From the NCBI GenBank assembly GCA_900542805.1, contig UQOW01000007.1, positions 10,771-74,770 of the forward strand: a stretch of 64,000 bases of DNA, read 5' to 3'. This document shows, in pieces, positions 42,522 to 51,920 of this stretch. The position numbers were made by a program, and so were the translations under genes. Below the pieces are notes generated by a model, which was given only the letters and a program-made list of their open reading frames with translations, was not told the origin of the DNA and made no database searches. How positions within the stretch are numbered: the stretch's first letter is position 1; each line of letters opens with the position of its first letter. The DNA is from an uncultured Sutterella sp. Its GTDB lineage: Bacteria; Pseudomonadota; Gammaproteobacteria; Burkholderiales; Burkholderiaceae_F.

Positions 42522-43892
42522 ATGGAAAAGATGCCCTACAAGACCTACCTGGAAGAAAATGAGATTCCGACGGCCTGGTATAACCTGCGGGCGGATATGA
42601 AAAACAAGCCTGCTCCGATGCTCAATCCGGCGACGTTAAAACCTGTGACAGCAGCGGATTTAACGCCGGTTTTCTGCGAGGAACTTGTTTCTCAGGAGTT
42701 AAACGTCACCGATCCGTGGATTGATATCCCCGGGGAGGTCCTCGATTTTTACAAGATGTACAGGCCTTCGCCCTTAATTCGGGCGTATTGCTTGGAAAAG
42801 GTTTTGGGAACGCCGGCGAAGATTTTCTACAAATTCGAAGGGCAAAACACCTCGGGAAGCCACAAACTCAATTCGGCGATTGCTCAGGCTTATTACGCCA
42901 AAAAGCAGGGGCTTAAGGGCGTGACAACCGAAACCGGTGCGGGACAGTGGGGCACAGCTCTTTCGATGGCCTGTGCCTACTTAGGGCTTGACTGCAACGT
43001 TTTTATGGTCAAGTGCTCGTATGAACAAAAGCCGCAACGTAAAGAAGTGATGCGTACGTTCGGTGCAACCGTAACGCCTTCGCCTTCGAACACGACGAAA
43101 ATCGGTCGTAAGATGCTCGAGGAATTTCCGGGAACCACTGGTAGCCTCGGTTGCGCCATTTCCGAGGCCGTCGAGTCCGCCGTCAGTCGCCCCGGATATC
43201 GGTATGTGCTCGGCTCAGTCCTTTCGCAGGTGTTGCTGCACCAAACGGTTGTCGGTCTTGAGTCGCAGGCCGCATTGGCTCGCTACGGTCTGACACCGGA
43301 CATCATCATCGGATGCGCCGGGGGCGGATCGAACCTCGGGGGACTCATTAGTCCCTTCGTCGGGGAGAAGATCAAAGGAAAGCTCGATAGCCGCATCATT
43401 GCCGTGGAGCCTGCAAGTTGCCCGAGCCTGACGCGCGGACGCTATGCCTACGACTTTTGCGATACGGGTCGCGTATGCCCGCTCCAGAAGATGTACACAC
43501 TCGGATCTAGTTTCATCCCGTCGGCCAATCACGCCGGAGGACTGCGTTACCACGGTATGAGCGCGATTGTTTCGCAGCTGTATGCAGACGGTCTAATCGA
43601 AGCGCGAGCCGTCGAACAGACTTCGGTTTTTGCTGCCGCGGAAAAGTTTGCCCGTTGCGAAGGAATTCTGCCTGCTCCCGAAAGCAGTCACGCCATTAAG
43701 GTTGCGATTGACGAGGCCTTACGGTGCAAAGAAACCGGTCAAGAGAAGGTCATTCTTTTCTGTCTGACGGGAACCGGGTACTTCGACATGTCGGCTTACC
43801 AGCGCTTTAACGACGGCGCGATGAGCGACACGATTCCGTCCGATGCCGACCTTGAGAAGAGTTTTGACAAAATGCCTGAGGTGAACCTGTAG
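42522..43892 (+). CDS. trpB2: TrpB2-type tryptophan synthase beta-like PLP enzyme (stand-alone, indole-salvaging type)
   Basis: YLEENEIPTAWYNLRADM…RPSPLIRAYCLEKVLGTPAKIFYKFEGQNTSGSHKLNSA…TETGAGQWG. This is the COG1350/TrpB2 N-terminal extension plus the PLP-lysine motif. RBS AAGGAGA. Confidence 0.8.
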   Translation: MEKMPYKTYLEENEIPTAWYNLRADMKNKPAPMLNPATLKPVTAADLTPVFCEELVSQELNVTDPWIDIPGEVLDFYKMYRPSPLIRAYCLEKVLGTPAKIFYKFEGQNTSGSHKLNSAIAQAYYAKKQGLKGVTTETGAGQWGTALSMACAYLGLDCNVFMVKCSYEQKPQRKEVMRTFGATVTPSPSNTTKIGRKMLEEFPGTTGSLGCAISEAVESAVSRPGYRYVLGSVLSQVLLHQTVVGLESQAALARYGLTPDIIIGCAGGGSNLGGLISPFVGEKIKGKLDSRIIAVEPASCPSLTRGRYAYDFCDTGRVCPLQKMYTLGSSFIPSANHAGGLRYHGMSAIVSQLYADGLIEARAVEQTSVFAAAEKFARCEGILPAPESSHAIKVAIDEALRCKETGQEKVILFCLTGTGYFDMSAYQRFNDGAMSDTIPSDADLEKSFDKMPEVNL

Positions 43893-43962
43893 GACTTTTT
43901 CAGGTCAGAGTACGGCGCCGGTTTCGAGGCACCGTACTCACTTACGAATCGCGTTGGCAAAG

Positions 43963-44826
43963 TTACCGATGCCTCACGACCGTCAAGACCTTTGACCGAA
44001 AGGCCTCGGCTAAGTGTTCGGCGATGTAAACGCTTCTATGTTGTCCGCCCGTACAGCCGATTGCTACCGTCAGGTAATGGCGGTTTTGGCTTTCGTATGA
44101 AGGAAGCCACTTGTCGATGAAAGTCGTAATGTCCGAAAGCATCTCTCGAACTTGCGATTGGGAGTCGAGAAAATCAATCACGGGTTTATCCAGACCCGTG
44201 AGCGATCGTAAGGCTTCGTCGTAAAACGGATTCGGGAGGTTGCGCACGTCAAAAACCAAATCGGCCGCAACGGGAAGGCCCTTTTTAAAGGCAAAACTTT
44301 CAAAGTCAAGCGTCATCGAAGAGGGCGGAATGTCGGCAAACTCCGTGACCCACTGCCGCAGTGTATTCGGCAAAACGCGCGTTGTATCAATGATGTGAGC
44401 CTGTTCGGAAATCGGCGATAAGAGATTCCGTTCCAGGTGAATAGCTTCCGAAAGCGTGTGTCCGCTTTGGCTTCCGAGACGAACTGAGAGCGGGTGTCTG
44501 CGGCGTGTTTCGGAAAAGCGCTTAACGAGTTCGGTGTTGGAGGCCGTCAGAAACAAAATACGCACGTCGATTTTTCGAGCGCACAGTGCCGTCAGACAAT
44601 CCGTGAATTGATCCGAGGTTGTCAACCCCCGAGCGTCGACGGCAACGGCAATGCGATCGATGCCGCGACTGTGCAGTTTTTCCAGAACGGGCAGTAAGAA
44701 ATCGAGCGGCAGGTTATCTAAACAGTAGTAGCCGCTGTCTTCCAATTGGCGAATGGCTACGGATTTACCCGATCCCGAGAGACCTGTGACAATGACAACG
44801 CGTAACCCGGACGCGGAGTTTTTCAT
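43963..44826 (-). CDS. rapZ: RNase adapter protein RapZ (YhbJ)
   Basis: MKNSASGLRVVIVTGLSGSGKSVAIRQLED… P-loop, with a conserved C-terminal region. Confidence 0.85.
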   Translation of the reverse strand: MKNSASGLRVVIVTGLSGSGKSVAIRQLEDSGYYCLDNLPLDFLLPVLEKLHSRGIDRIAVAVDARGLTTSDQFTDCLTALCARKIDVRILFLTASNTELVKRFSETRRRHPLSVRLGSQSGHTLSEAIHLERNLLSPISEQAHIIDTTRVLPNTLRQWVTEFADIPPSSMTLDFESFAFKKGLPVAADLVFDVRNLPNPFYDEALRSLTGLDKPVIDFLDSQSQVREMLSDITTFIDKWLPSYESQNRHYLTVAIGCTGGQHRSVYIAEHLAEAFRSKVLTVVRHR

Positions 44827-44830
44827 GTGG

Positions 44831-45313
44831 TTACTCCTTTCCCGGTGTTGCTTCAGGGGGGTTCCAAGCAGCAATGACGTCCAAAGCTTGTTTCGCGGAG
44901 GGCGCTTTCATCAGGGATTCTCGGACTTCTTTGTCGCGCAGAAATTCGGCCACATCCGAAAGAATGGCCAGATAGGCGTCCGGGTTGCTTTCCGGAATGG
45001 CCACGGCAAAAAACAGTTGTGCCGTCGTCTGCCCCGGTCCGTCGTAATCAATCGGCTGTTTGGTTCTCACCAGGCAGAGCCCGGGATCGACAATTCCGTT
45101 AATACGGGCATGGGGAATGCCGGCGCGACACCCTAAGCCCGTCGGTCCGAGTTTTTCGCGTGCAATCAGGGCATCGAAAACGCTTTGCGCCGGGACTCCG
45201 GAAGAGACGGACAAAATTCGGGAAACTTCTTCGAAAAGGCGTTTTCGGCTCAAGACATCTAAGTCAAGCAGGATGTTTTCATTCGGATTTAATAACGGAG
45301 CAATGTGATTCAT
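44831..45313 (-). CDS. ptsN: PTS IIA-like nitrogen regulatory protein (EIIA-Ntr)
   Basis: 160 aa EIIA fructose/mannitol-type fold. Sits between rpoN and rapZ as in the canonical locus. Confidence 0.8.
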   Translation of the reverse strand: MNHIAPLLNPNENILLDLDVLSRKRLFEEVSRILSVSSGVPAQSVFDALIAREKLGPTGLGCRAGIPHARINGIVDPGLCLVRTKQPIDYDGPGQTTAQLFFAVAIPESNPDAYLAILSDVAEFLRDKEVRESLMKAPSAKQALDVIAAWNPPEATPGKE

Positions 45314-45392
45314 CGTCGGTCAATTTCAAACAAACCTTCGAAAAGTATATACGCCCGCGAGGGCGAGCGAATTATTTCGGTCGAGTTGATGA

Positions 45393-46805
45393 CTACGAGC
45401 AAAGGCGCAGTCGTTCGTTTTTCGGGGGGATTTTGTCCATTTCCCGATATTTGGCAACGGTGCGACGTGCGATGCGGATTCCCTGCTCGGCAAGTTGTTG
45501 TGTCAGTTGGGCGTCGCTCATCGGGCAGGCCGGATTTTCCTCGGAAATCAGCTGGCGAATGCGTTCCCGAACGACAGTGCTCGAGAGTAATTCGGGAGCT
45601 TCGTCCGAGGCAACGGAGCCGGAGAAAAAGTGCTTTAACGGGAAAAAGCCGAAGGGTGTTTGGATATATTTCCCGGCTACGGCACGACTGACTGTGGACG
45701 TGGAAATGCCGAGATTTTCGGCAACCTCCTGCATTCCGAGCGGCACGAGTGCTTGCGGACCTTCGACAAAAAAGCGGAATTGTCGCTTAAAAAGCGCGCG
45801 TCCGACTAGGAGCAGTGTTTTCTTGCGTCGCATCAGAGCATTGATAAAAAGGCGCGCCTTTTGGGCATAAGGCTCCATCGCTTCGCGTTCGGGGGCATCT
45901 TTCGGCCCTTTGTGCAAAAGGGCATAGGTGGGAGAGTCAAAAGCAATGCGCTCGGAGGCATCGTCCTGAAAAATAAGCGTCAGGGCCCCGTCCTTTTTTT
46001 CAACGGTAAAGTCTGGAAAAACGGTATGGTCCGTCAGACCGACAAACTGTGAACACGGATGCGGGTCTAAAGACCTTAAGATGCAAAGCGCGGCTCGAAC
46101 ATCATTTAGGTCTCGGTGAAGCCGCCGGGCAATCGCGGCCTTGTCGCCTTTAAGCAACAGGTTCGGGCATTCCTTGAGAATTGAATCGGCAAGAGCTCGG
46201 GTTGCCGTTAATTCATCGTTCGGAGCGGCTTTCAGTTGCAACGAAAGCACTTCAAGCGCGGAGGTGGCACCGACCCCCGTAGGATCGAGGCTTTGTAGCG
46301 TTTGTAGGGCTTCTTGCCAGGCTTTTTCGGAGGCTGAAATCGGACAGGTGTTTGCCATCGATTCCAAAGTCTCTTCGAAGAGCCCGTCTTCATTGAGGTT
46401 CCCGGCAAGCCACTGAACAAGGTCTTTTTTATCTTCGGGAATGGTAAGAAGACGAATTTGCCTTGTCAGGTGCTCCAAAAGCGTCGTCGGGTAGCTTAAG
46501 AAATCCGTCGGGTCGACAGTCGAGTCTTCCGGGGGAGTGTTTTTCCAAGTAATAAGCGACGTTGTTCCCGGAAAGTCAGCCGATACTCCCACCGGTTCGT
46601 CAAACGGAGTTTGTATCGAAACGCTCTCTTGCGTCTGATCGACATCTTTTGTGAGCAAAAACGGGTTTTCTTCGATTTGGCGCGCAATTTCGGCATTCAC
46701 ATCTTCGCGACTTAGCGTCAAGAGCTTGGCTGTTTCCAGAAGCAACGGCTTCGGAAGTTGCTTTTGTTTCCCGGCAACGTTGATATGTAAAGACGATACC
46801 GCCAT
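45393..46805 (-). CDS. rpoN: RNA polymerase sigma-54 factor
   Basis: C-terminal RpoN box ARRTVAKYRE plus an HTH. 470 aa. Lies downstream of lptB. Confidence 0.9.
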   Translation of the reverse strand: MAVSSLHINVAGKQKQLPKPLLLETAKLLTLSREDVNAEIARQIEENPFLLTKDVDQTQESVSIQTPFDEPVGVSADFPGTTSLITWKNTPPEDSTVDPTDFLSYPTTLLEHLTRQIRLLTIPEDKKDLVQWLAGNLNEDGLFEETLESMANTCPISASEKAWQEALQTLQSLDPTGVGATSALEVLSLQLKAAPNDELTATRALADSILKECPNLLLKGDKAAIARRLHRDLNDVRAALCILRSLDPHPCSQFVGLTDHTVFPDFTVEKKDGALTLIFQDDASERIAFDSPTYALLHKGPKDAPEREAMEPYAQKARLFINALMRRKKTLLLVGRALFKRQFRFFVEGPQALVPLGMQEVAENLGISTSTVSRAVAGKYIQTPFGFFPLKHFFSGSVASDEAPELLSSTVVRERIRQLISEENPACPMSDAQLTQQLAEQGIRIARRTVAKYREMDKIPPKNERLRLCS

Positions 46806-46810
46806 AGCGC

Positions 46811-47593
46811 TTACATTCGGAAGTCTTCCCCGAGGTAGATTGCCCGAACGGTCTGATTGGCGACAATTTGGGCGGGCGTGCCGTGCGCGAGAACTTCGCC
46901 GTTATTGATAATGAAGGCCCGATCGCAGATTCCGAGCGTTTCCCGGACATTATGGTCGGTGATTAAAACACCGATACCGCGTGACTTGAGATACCGCGTA
47001 ATGCGTTTGATTTCGTTAACGGCAATCGGGTCGACGCCGGCAAAGGGTTCATCAAGAAGAATAAATTGCGGATCGGCCGCGAGGGCGCGGGCAATTTCCG
47101 TGCGACGCCTTTCGCCGCCGGAAAGCGATAGGGCCATATTGGTGCGCAAATGCTCGATTTGCAGGTCCTTAAGGAGCTCTGTTAAGCGCGACTCAATTTG
47201 CTCGGAGGTTAATTTACGCCCGTGTTGATCTTCTTTGAGTTCGAGAATGGCTCGGATGTTGTCTTCAACCGTCAAACGCCGAAAAACACTGGCCTCTTGT
47301 GGCAGATATGTAATCCCTAAATGGGCACGCTTGAAAATCGGTAGGTGCGTGATTTCCGTATTGTCGATAAAGATTTTCCCCGCATTGGGAGCAATCAATC
47401 CGACAACCATATAAAAGCTCGTTGTTTTTCCGGCTCCGTTCGGTCCCATGAGCCCGACGATTTCGTTGGTGTTGACATCAAAAGAGACGCCGTTGACAAC
47501 GGTGCGCGATCCGAAACGCTTGACGAGTTTTTCAGCACGAAGCGTATGCACGGGAGTTTGAGTGACGGGCGAAGTGTCTTGCATAAGTGGCAT
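46811..47593 (-). CDS. lptB: LPS export ABC transporter ATP-binding protein LptB
   Basis: GPNGAGKTT…[15 protein letters not shown]…[11 protein letters not shown]. Confidence 0.85.
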   Translation of the reverse strand: MPLMQDTSPVTQTPVHTLRAEKLVKRFGSRTVVNGVSFDVNTNEIVGLMGPNGAGKTTSFYMVVGLIAPNAGKIFIDNTEITHLPIFKRAHLGITYLPQEASVFRRLTVEDNIRAILELKEDQHGRKLTSEQIESRLTELLKDLQIEHLRTNMALSLSGGERRRTEIARALAADPQFILLDEPFAGVDPIAVNEIKRITRYLKSRGIGVLITDHNVRETLGICDRAFIINNGEVLAHGTPAQIVANQTVRAIYLGEDFRM

Positions 47594-47605
47594 ACTCTGT
47601 GGCTC

Positions 47606-48208
47606 TTATCGCATGTTGCGTAGTTTGGTTTCTCCGCGTAAGGCAGGCGGATTCGTGTTTTCCGAGGTCGGAGCGACCGTTTTGTCTTTAGGTCGTGGAC
47701 TTAAGATGGCGGAAATACGGGTTTTCCGTCCGTCGGTGCGTTCCCCAACAACGCGGCTTGTGGCATGCAGTAGGTCATAGGTAATGACCGAGCCTTCGGT
47801 CGAATCGAGCGCGTGCCCGTTTTCGGTACGGATGATTTTCGCATTGTCCTTTAATACGATGCGATCGAGCTTTTCTTGATAAACAGCTGTTAACGCGCTG
47901 GCATGAACCCACTCTTCGATACCCGGGGTTTTCATGTCACGCTTTTCCTTCATGCGAACCGGTCGGCCGGTGACCGTCAGTGTTCGATACCCTTTGGCGT
48001 CAATCTTCAAGTCAAGTCGGTCGCCTTTGATTTCCAAGGTTCCTTGATGCACCTCGACATTTCCCGAATAGGATGCCTTTTGACCGACTTCATCGCCGCT
48101 GAAGCTATCGGCGACAATCTCAATAGGCATGTCGCGGTCGCTTGTCTGAGCAAGACTGAGGGAAAAACCCGTCAGAGCGACCAAAGAAAAAACCCAAGCG
48201 TGTTTCAT
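47606..48208 (-). CDS. lptA: LPS transport periplasmic protein LptA
   Basis: Signal peptide plus an OstA-like beta-jellyroll (200 aa). Positioned between lptC and lptB. Confidence 0.8.
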   Translation of the reverse strand: MKHAWVFSLVALTGFSLSLAQTSDRDMPIEIVADSFSGDEVGQKASYSGNVEVHQGTLEIKGDRLDLKIDAKGYRTLTVTGRPVRMKEKRDMKTPGIEEWVHASALTAVYQEKLDRIVLKDNAKIIRTENGHALDSTEGSVITYDLLHATSRVVGERTDGRKTRISAILSPRPKDKTVAPTSENTNPPALRGETKLRNMR

Positions 48209-48226
48209 GGCTGTGTAGAGCGATAG

Positions 48227-48808
48227 TTAACGAAGCTTCTTTTTCGGGATGATAACCGTATGAACGTCCGAATACAGAGTCGCCGTCCGGTCCACATTGT
48301 CGAACGTAAAGCCGATACCGGTACTTGTGTCCGTGCCGTGCTCGATGCGCACGGGAGCTTCCCCCGTGACAACCTGTGTGTCGGTATTGACGACGGCACG
48401 CGATGTCGTCAGACGTAGCGGCGCATTGTTCTTATCACCGTTCCTCGTTAGAACGATATTGCCCGTAAAGACAACGGTTTGTCCTTCGTCCATCGTGCTG
48501 GCTGTATTCGCGGAAATCTTAAGTTGCGGTTTATCGGGGGACAGGGTCACAAGTTTGGGGCGAATACTCACGCTGTGACCGTCCGAATAGTGTTCGGCGT
48601 ACTCCGAAAACAGGCGGTGTTTGCCGGTCCCGTCGCGGTCAAAAATCGTGATGACACAGTCGCGCGTGGCAAAGTCCGGCGAGTCCTTATTGGGCTCGGA
48701 TGCGCCGTCGTCAAAATTCGATTTGATTGCGTAGTAAGCCGATGCGGTAACGAGGATAGCGAGCACCGCCAGCCCGAAAAACGAAATCAGTCGGTCACGC
48801 AGGTGCAT
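48227..48808 (-). CDS. lptC: LPS export system protein LptC
   Basis: MHLRDRLISFFGLAVLAILV… TM anchor. Position between kdsC and lptA. TAATG overlap with the kdsC stop. Confidence 0.75.
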   Translation of the reverse strand: MHLRDRLISFFGLAVLAILVTASAYYAIKSNFDDGASEPNKDSPDFATRDCVITIFDRDGTGKHRLFSEYAEHYSDGHSVSIRPKLVTLSPDKPQLKISANTASTMDEGQTVVFTGNIVLTRNGDKNNAPLRLTTSRAVVNTDTQVVTGEAPVRIEHGTDTSTGIGFTFDNVDRTATLYSDVHTVIIPKKKLR

Positions 48809-49350
48809 TAACGCGATTCTCCTTGCACGTAGTGCCGTGTAACCAAATCGTCCCAGCGATTTTGGGCACGCAAAATCAGTTCGGCAAGACTGCGGACGGC
48901 GCCGTTGCCGCCCGGGGCGGAGCTGACAAAGTCTGCCAGCGGCAAAACCTCGTTTGCCGCATCGGCCGGACAAGCGGCAAGGCCGGCTGCCTTAAGCGGC
49001 GGAATATCCGGAATGTCATCTCCCATGTAGGCCACTTCCTCAGTGTCAAGACCGAATGATTGCACTAATTCTTCAAAGGCACCGCCTTTAAAAGTCTTTC
49101 CTTGCATGACGGTTTTAATCCCGAGTTCGGCAGCGCGAGAGGCCGTTTGTTTCGAAAGACGACCTGTTAAAAGCGCGACGGGAATTCCGGCGCATTGCAG
49201 CAACTTAATGCCCAGGCCGTCTCGCGTGTAAAAGCGTTTGACGGCTTCCCCGTCATCGCCTATCCAAATCGATCCGTCCGTTAAAACGCCGTCAACGTCG
49301 AGAACGACAAGGCGGATGCGAGCGGCTTTACTCTGTAGTGTGCTATCCAT
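48808..49350 (-). CDS. kdsC: 3-deoxy-D-manno-octulosonate 8-phosphate phosphatase
   Basis: IRLVVLDVDGVLTDGSI… HAD motif I. 180 aa. Confidence 0.85.
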   Translation of the reverse strand: MDSTLQSKAARIRLVVLDVDGVLTDGSIWIGDDGEAVKRFYTRDGLGIKLLQCAGIPVALLTGRLSKQTASRAAELGIKTVMQGKTFKGGAFEELVQSFGLDTEEVAYMGDDIPDIPPLKAAGLAACPADAANEVLPLADFVSSAPGGNGAVRSLAELILRAQNRWDDLVTRHYVQGESR

Positions 49351-50366
49351 TAAATCACCTTGGCGCTCATCAAATCGTGCATATGCAAGGCCCCAATCAG
49401 GTGCCCCTTGTCGTCAACGACCAGAAGTTGGTTTTTCAGCGTCTTCTCCAGAATCTTAGCCGCTGTTGCAGCCATCTCATCTTGACCGATTGTCGTCGGA
49501 GTTTTTGTCATCACGTCGTCGATCTTAATGGCACGGATATCGCCGCGTTTTTCAATCAGACGTCGCAAATCGCCCTCGGTAAAGATACCTGTGACGCGGT
49601 CTTCGTTGTCGACAACGGCAGTCATGCCGATGTGCTTTTTGGTGATTTCGCGCACCGCATCCAAGACGCTCGTTCCTTCACGAACAGAGGGCACGTCGCT
49701 TCCGGCACGCATGATGTCGCGCACATGCGTCAGAAGGCGCCGACCGAGGGCTCCGCCCGGATGTGAGCGGGCAAAATCTTCTTTGGTAAAGCCTTTTTCG
49801 TGCATCAGGGCCACGGCGAGCGCATCGCCTAAGGCTAATGTCGCCGTTGTCGACGATGTCGGGGCAAGATTTAAGGGGCATGCTTCCGAGCGCACTCCGA
49901 TATCTAGGGCAACATCCGAGGCTTTCGCCAAGGCGCTTTTCGGGTTCCCGGTAATGGAAATCAAGCGAATGCCTTCGCGTTTTAAAACCGGGATAATCGT
50001 CAACAATTCATTGGTTGTTCCCGAATACGAGACGGCCACGACAACATCTTCGGCTGTAATCATCCCTAAGTCGCCGTGTGCAGCTTCGGCAGCATGCACG
50101 AAGAAAGCGGGAGTCCCGGTTGACGCCAGCGTAGCGGCGATTTTGCGTCCGACGTGAGCTGATTTTCCTACGCCGCTGACAATGACTCGACCGGAACTCG
50201 CTAGGATCAGTTGTACAGCTTGAGCAAAGGGACCGCTGCCGAGAGTGTCGGCAAGATGCTGAACGCACTGGGCTTCGCGCACAAGCACTTCACGTCCGAG
50301 GTCAATGGCACCGGACATATCATCATGGACGGGCATAGGGAAAACTCCGTTAATCAGTGCCGTCAT
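49350..50366 (-). CDS. kdsD: arabinose-5-phosphate isomerase (SIS plus tandem CBS domains)
   Basis: SIS domain (…VSGVGKSAHVGRKIAATLASTGTPAFFVH…) followed by CBS pairs. First gene of the kdsDC-lptCAB-rpoN cluster. Confidence 0.85.
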   Translation of the reverse strand: MTALINGVFPMPVHDDMSGAIDLGREVLVREAQCVQHLADTLGSGPFAQAVQLILASSGRVIVSGVGKSAHVGRKIAATLASTGTPAFFVHAAEAAHGDLGMITAEDVVVAVSYSGTTNELLTIIPVLKREGIRLISITGNPKSALAKASDVALDIGVRSEACPLNLAPTSSTTATLALGDALAVALMHEKGFTKEDFARSHPGGALGRRLLTHVRDIMRAGSDVPSVREGTSVLDAVREITKKHIGMTAVVDNEDRVTGIFTEGDLRRLIEKRGDIRAIKIDDVMTKTPTTIGQDEMAATAAKILEKTLKNQLLVVDDKGHLIGALHMHDLMSAKVI

Positions 50367-50977
50367 TGTAGCGAAAGGGCGACTTATCTCGGAGTCCGCC
50401 TTGGGAAAGATAAAGGAAAAACTGTGCAGCTTCCCCGGCTTTAATCGTCAGTGAAAAAACACGAAGGACGGGGTTTTCGTCATACCCGAAAGTCACATGG
50501 GAAAAACGATGTCGCTTTCTCGATTGATCTCTTGGCAGCCAGACCATCGCTGACGGCGGTTTGTCCTGGCGGAGAATATCTGCAAGGCCCTGAGCCAGTG
50601 GCCTTTCGAACCAGGATGGCAGCGCCAGCCCGATGTTGTTGATGAGGCCGGAAATCGTGACATGGAAAAGCGGCTTACTCTCGGCAAAAAACAGGAGCGA
50701 ATCGTCTGGGGATTAAAAGAGAGAGCCGAGGTTCCGGGAAAGGCTGTCCCTTAAACGGAGGTCTTAAACAGCATAACGAATTTGTGATTTTGGGCCGAGC
50801 CCCGGCACATGAACGGTGTGACGCGTCCGGCTCGAAAGTAGTAAAAATTGTCAGGTCTTTGCTCCGGGGTTACAAAGAGCGTGGCGTCCGAAACCCCGAA
50901 GTTTCAACCAATCGGATGCATTGCCTGTTGCTCGCAAAACTCTTCGATGCGTTGTATCGAAGAAACAAAAAAAGTCA

Positions 50978-51019
50978 TTTTTCGCGCGAAAAGCGATTCT
51001 TGTAACAAATTGTTGCAAA
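50978..51019 (+). promoter_or_regulatory. two adjacent palindromic operator-like sites upstream of the membrane-protein/amidohydrolase cluster
   Basis: TTTTCGCGCGAAAA is a perfect 14-bp palindrome. TTGTAACAAATTGTTGCAA is a 19-bp near-perfect inverted repeat overlapping a -35-like TTGCAA. A TATAAG -10-like box lies about 15 nt further on. Confidence 0.45.
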
Positions 51020-51127
51020 CGAAAGGCAAACCTCTATAAGATACAAAACAGATGGCGACCTGTTGCGTCTTCGGCAGTGTTCGTCGCTGTTTTTTTATTA
51101 GTTTTACTTTTTAACGGAAACTCCATC

Positions 51128-51910
51128 ATGCAAGCACTCGGTCGTTTCAAGCTCCACATTCTGGCGCTTTTAGTTGTAGTGGCCGCTGATGCCATCGGAA
51201 TTCAAAAATTCGGCATTGTTGTTCTGTTGCCGCTTTTGTATGCCATGGTGTTCGGCGCAATCCTTTCGATTCCTCGCTTAAAAATCCTTTCGATGGCAGA
51301 ACAGGAACGCGCAGCGCACTTTATGCCGATTGCGATGCTCTTCCTAGTGGCTTACTTGGGGTTGGGTATCGGACCGAATCTGGTTAAATTATTCGATTCG
51401 GGCCTGGCTCTGATTATGCAGGAATTCGGGCATTTCTTCGGCACCATGATTTTGGGTCTGCCGATGGCGCTTCTGTTGAAAATGGGGCGCGAGGCTATCG
51501 GTGCCTGCTACTCGATTGACCGTGAGCCGAACATTGCCATTATTGCCGAGAAGTACGGCATTGACTCTCCGGAAGGACGCGGTGTGATGGGTATGTACAT
51601 CTGCGGCACGATTTTCGGCGCAGCGTGGATTTCCGTGCTTGTCGGTGTGATTGCTCAGCTCGGATGGTTCCATCCGCATGCGCTGGCGATGGGTGCGGGT
51701 ATCGGCTCGGCCTCGATGATGGCTGCCGGTGTTGCGTCCATTGTGGCGGTGTATCCCGATCAGGCTGACGTTGTTCTGGCCTATGCAGGTGCCGCGAATC
51801 TGATGACCACGATTCTCGGAATTTATTTTGCTCTGTTCGTTTCCTTGCCCGTGATGGTCTGGGTGTACGAAAAGATTACCGGCGATCGCCGTGAACCTGC
51901 CGCGAAGTAA
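51128..51910 (+). CDS. polytopic membrane protein, DUF3100-like
   Basis: 260 aa, about 7–8 TM segments (MQALGRFKLHILALLVVVAADAIG…). First gene of a three-gene cluster ending in an M20D amidohydrolase. Confidence 0.6.
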   Translation: MQALGRFKLHILALLVVVAADAIGIQKFGIVVLLPLLYAMVFGAILSIPRLKILSMAEQERAAHFMPIAMLFLVAYLGLGIGPNLVKLFDSGLALIMQEFGHFFGTMILGLPMALLLKMGREAIGACYSIDREPNIAIIAEKYGIDSPEGRGVMGMYICGTIFGAAWISVLVGVIAQLGWFHPHALAMGAGIGSASMMAAGVASIVAVYPDQADVVLAYAGAANLMTTILGIYFALFVSLPVMVWVYEKITGDRREPAAK

Positions 51911-51920
51911 GGAGAAAAAC

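Noticed and set aside
42412-42600. 62-aa ORF MLLFNRYVFVLKADGLKG…
   Set aside because: It spans the attenuator terminator and the trpB2 start in another frame. The region is better explained as a leader or terminator RNA plus the trpB2 RBS.
50367-50760. 6S RNA, tmRNA or RNase P RNA in the long intergenic region
   Set aside because: Compared by eye with the E. coli ssrS, ssrA and rnpB consensus sequences. There are only short chance similarities (for example GGCGGA…CTCGGAG), no closing-stem complementarity, and none of the hallmark motifs.
50921-51127. Upstream ATG (MPVARKTLRC…) for the DUF3100-like membrane protein
   Set aside because: The extension is encoded by T-rich, promoter-like DNA containing the palindromic operators. 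The start at MQALGRF (51128) gives a standard-length protein.
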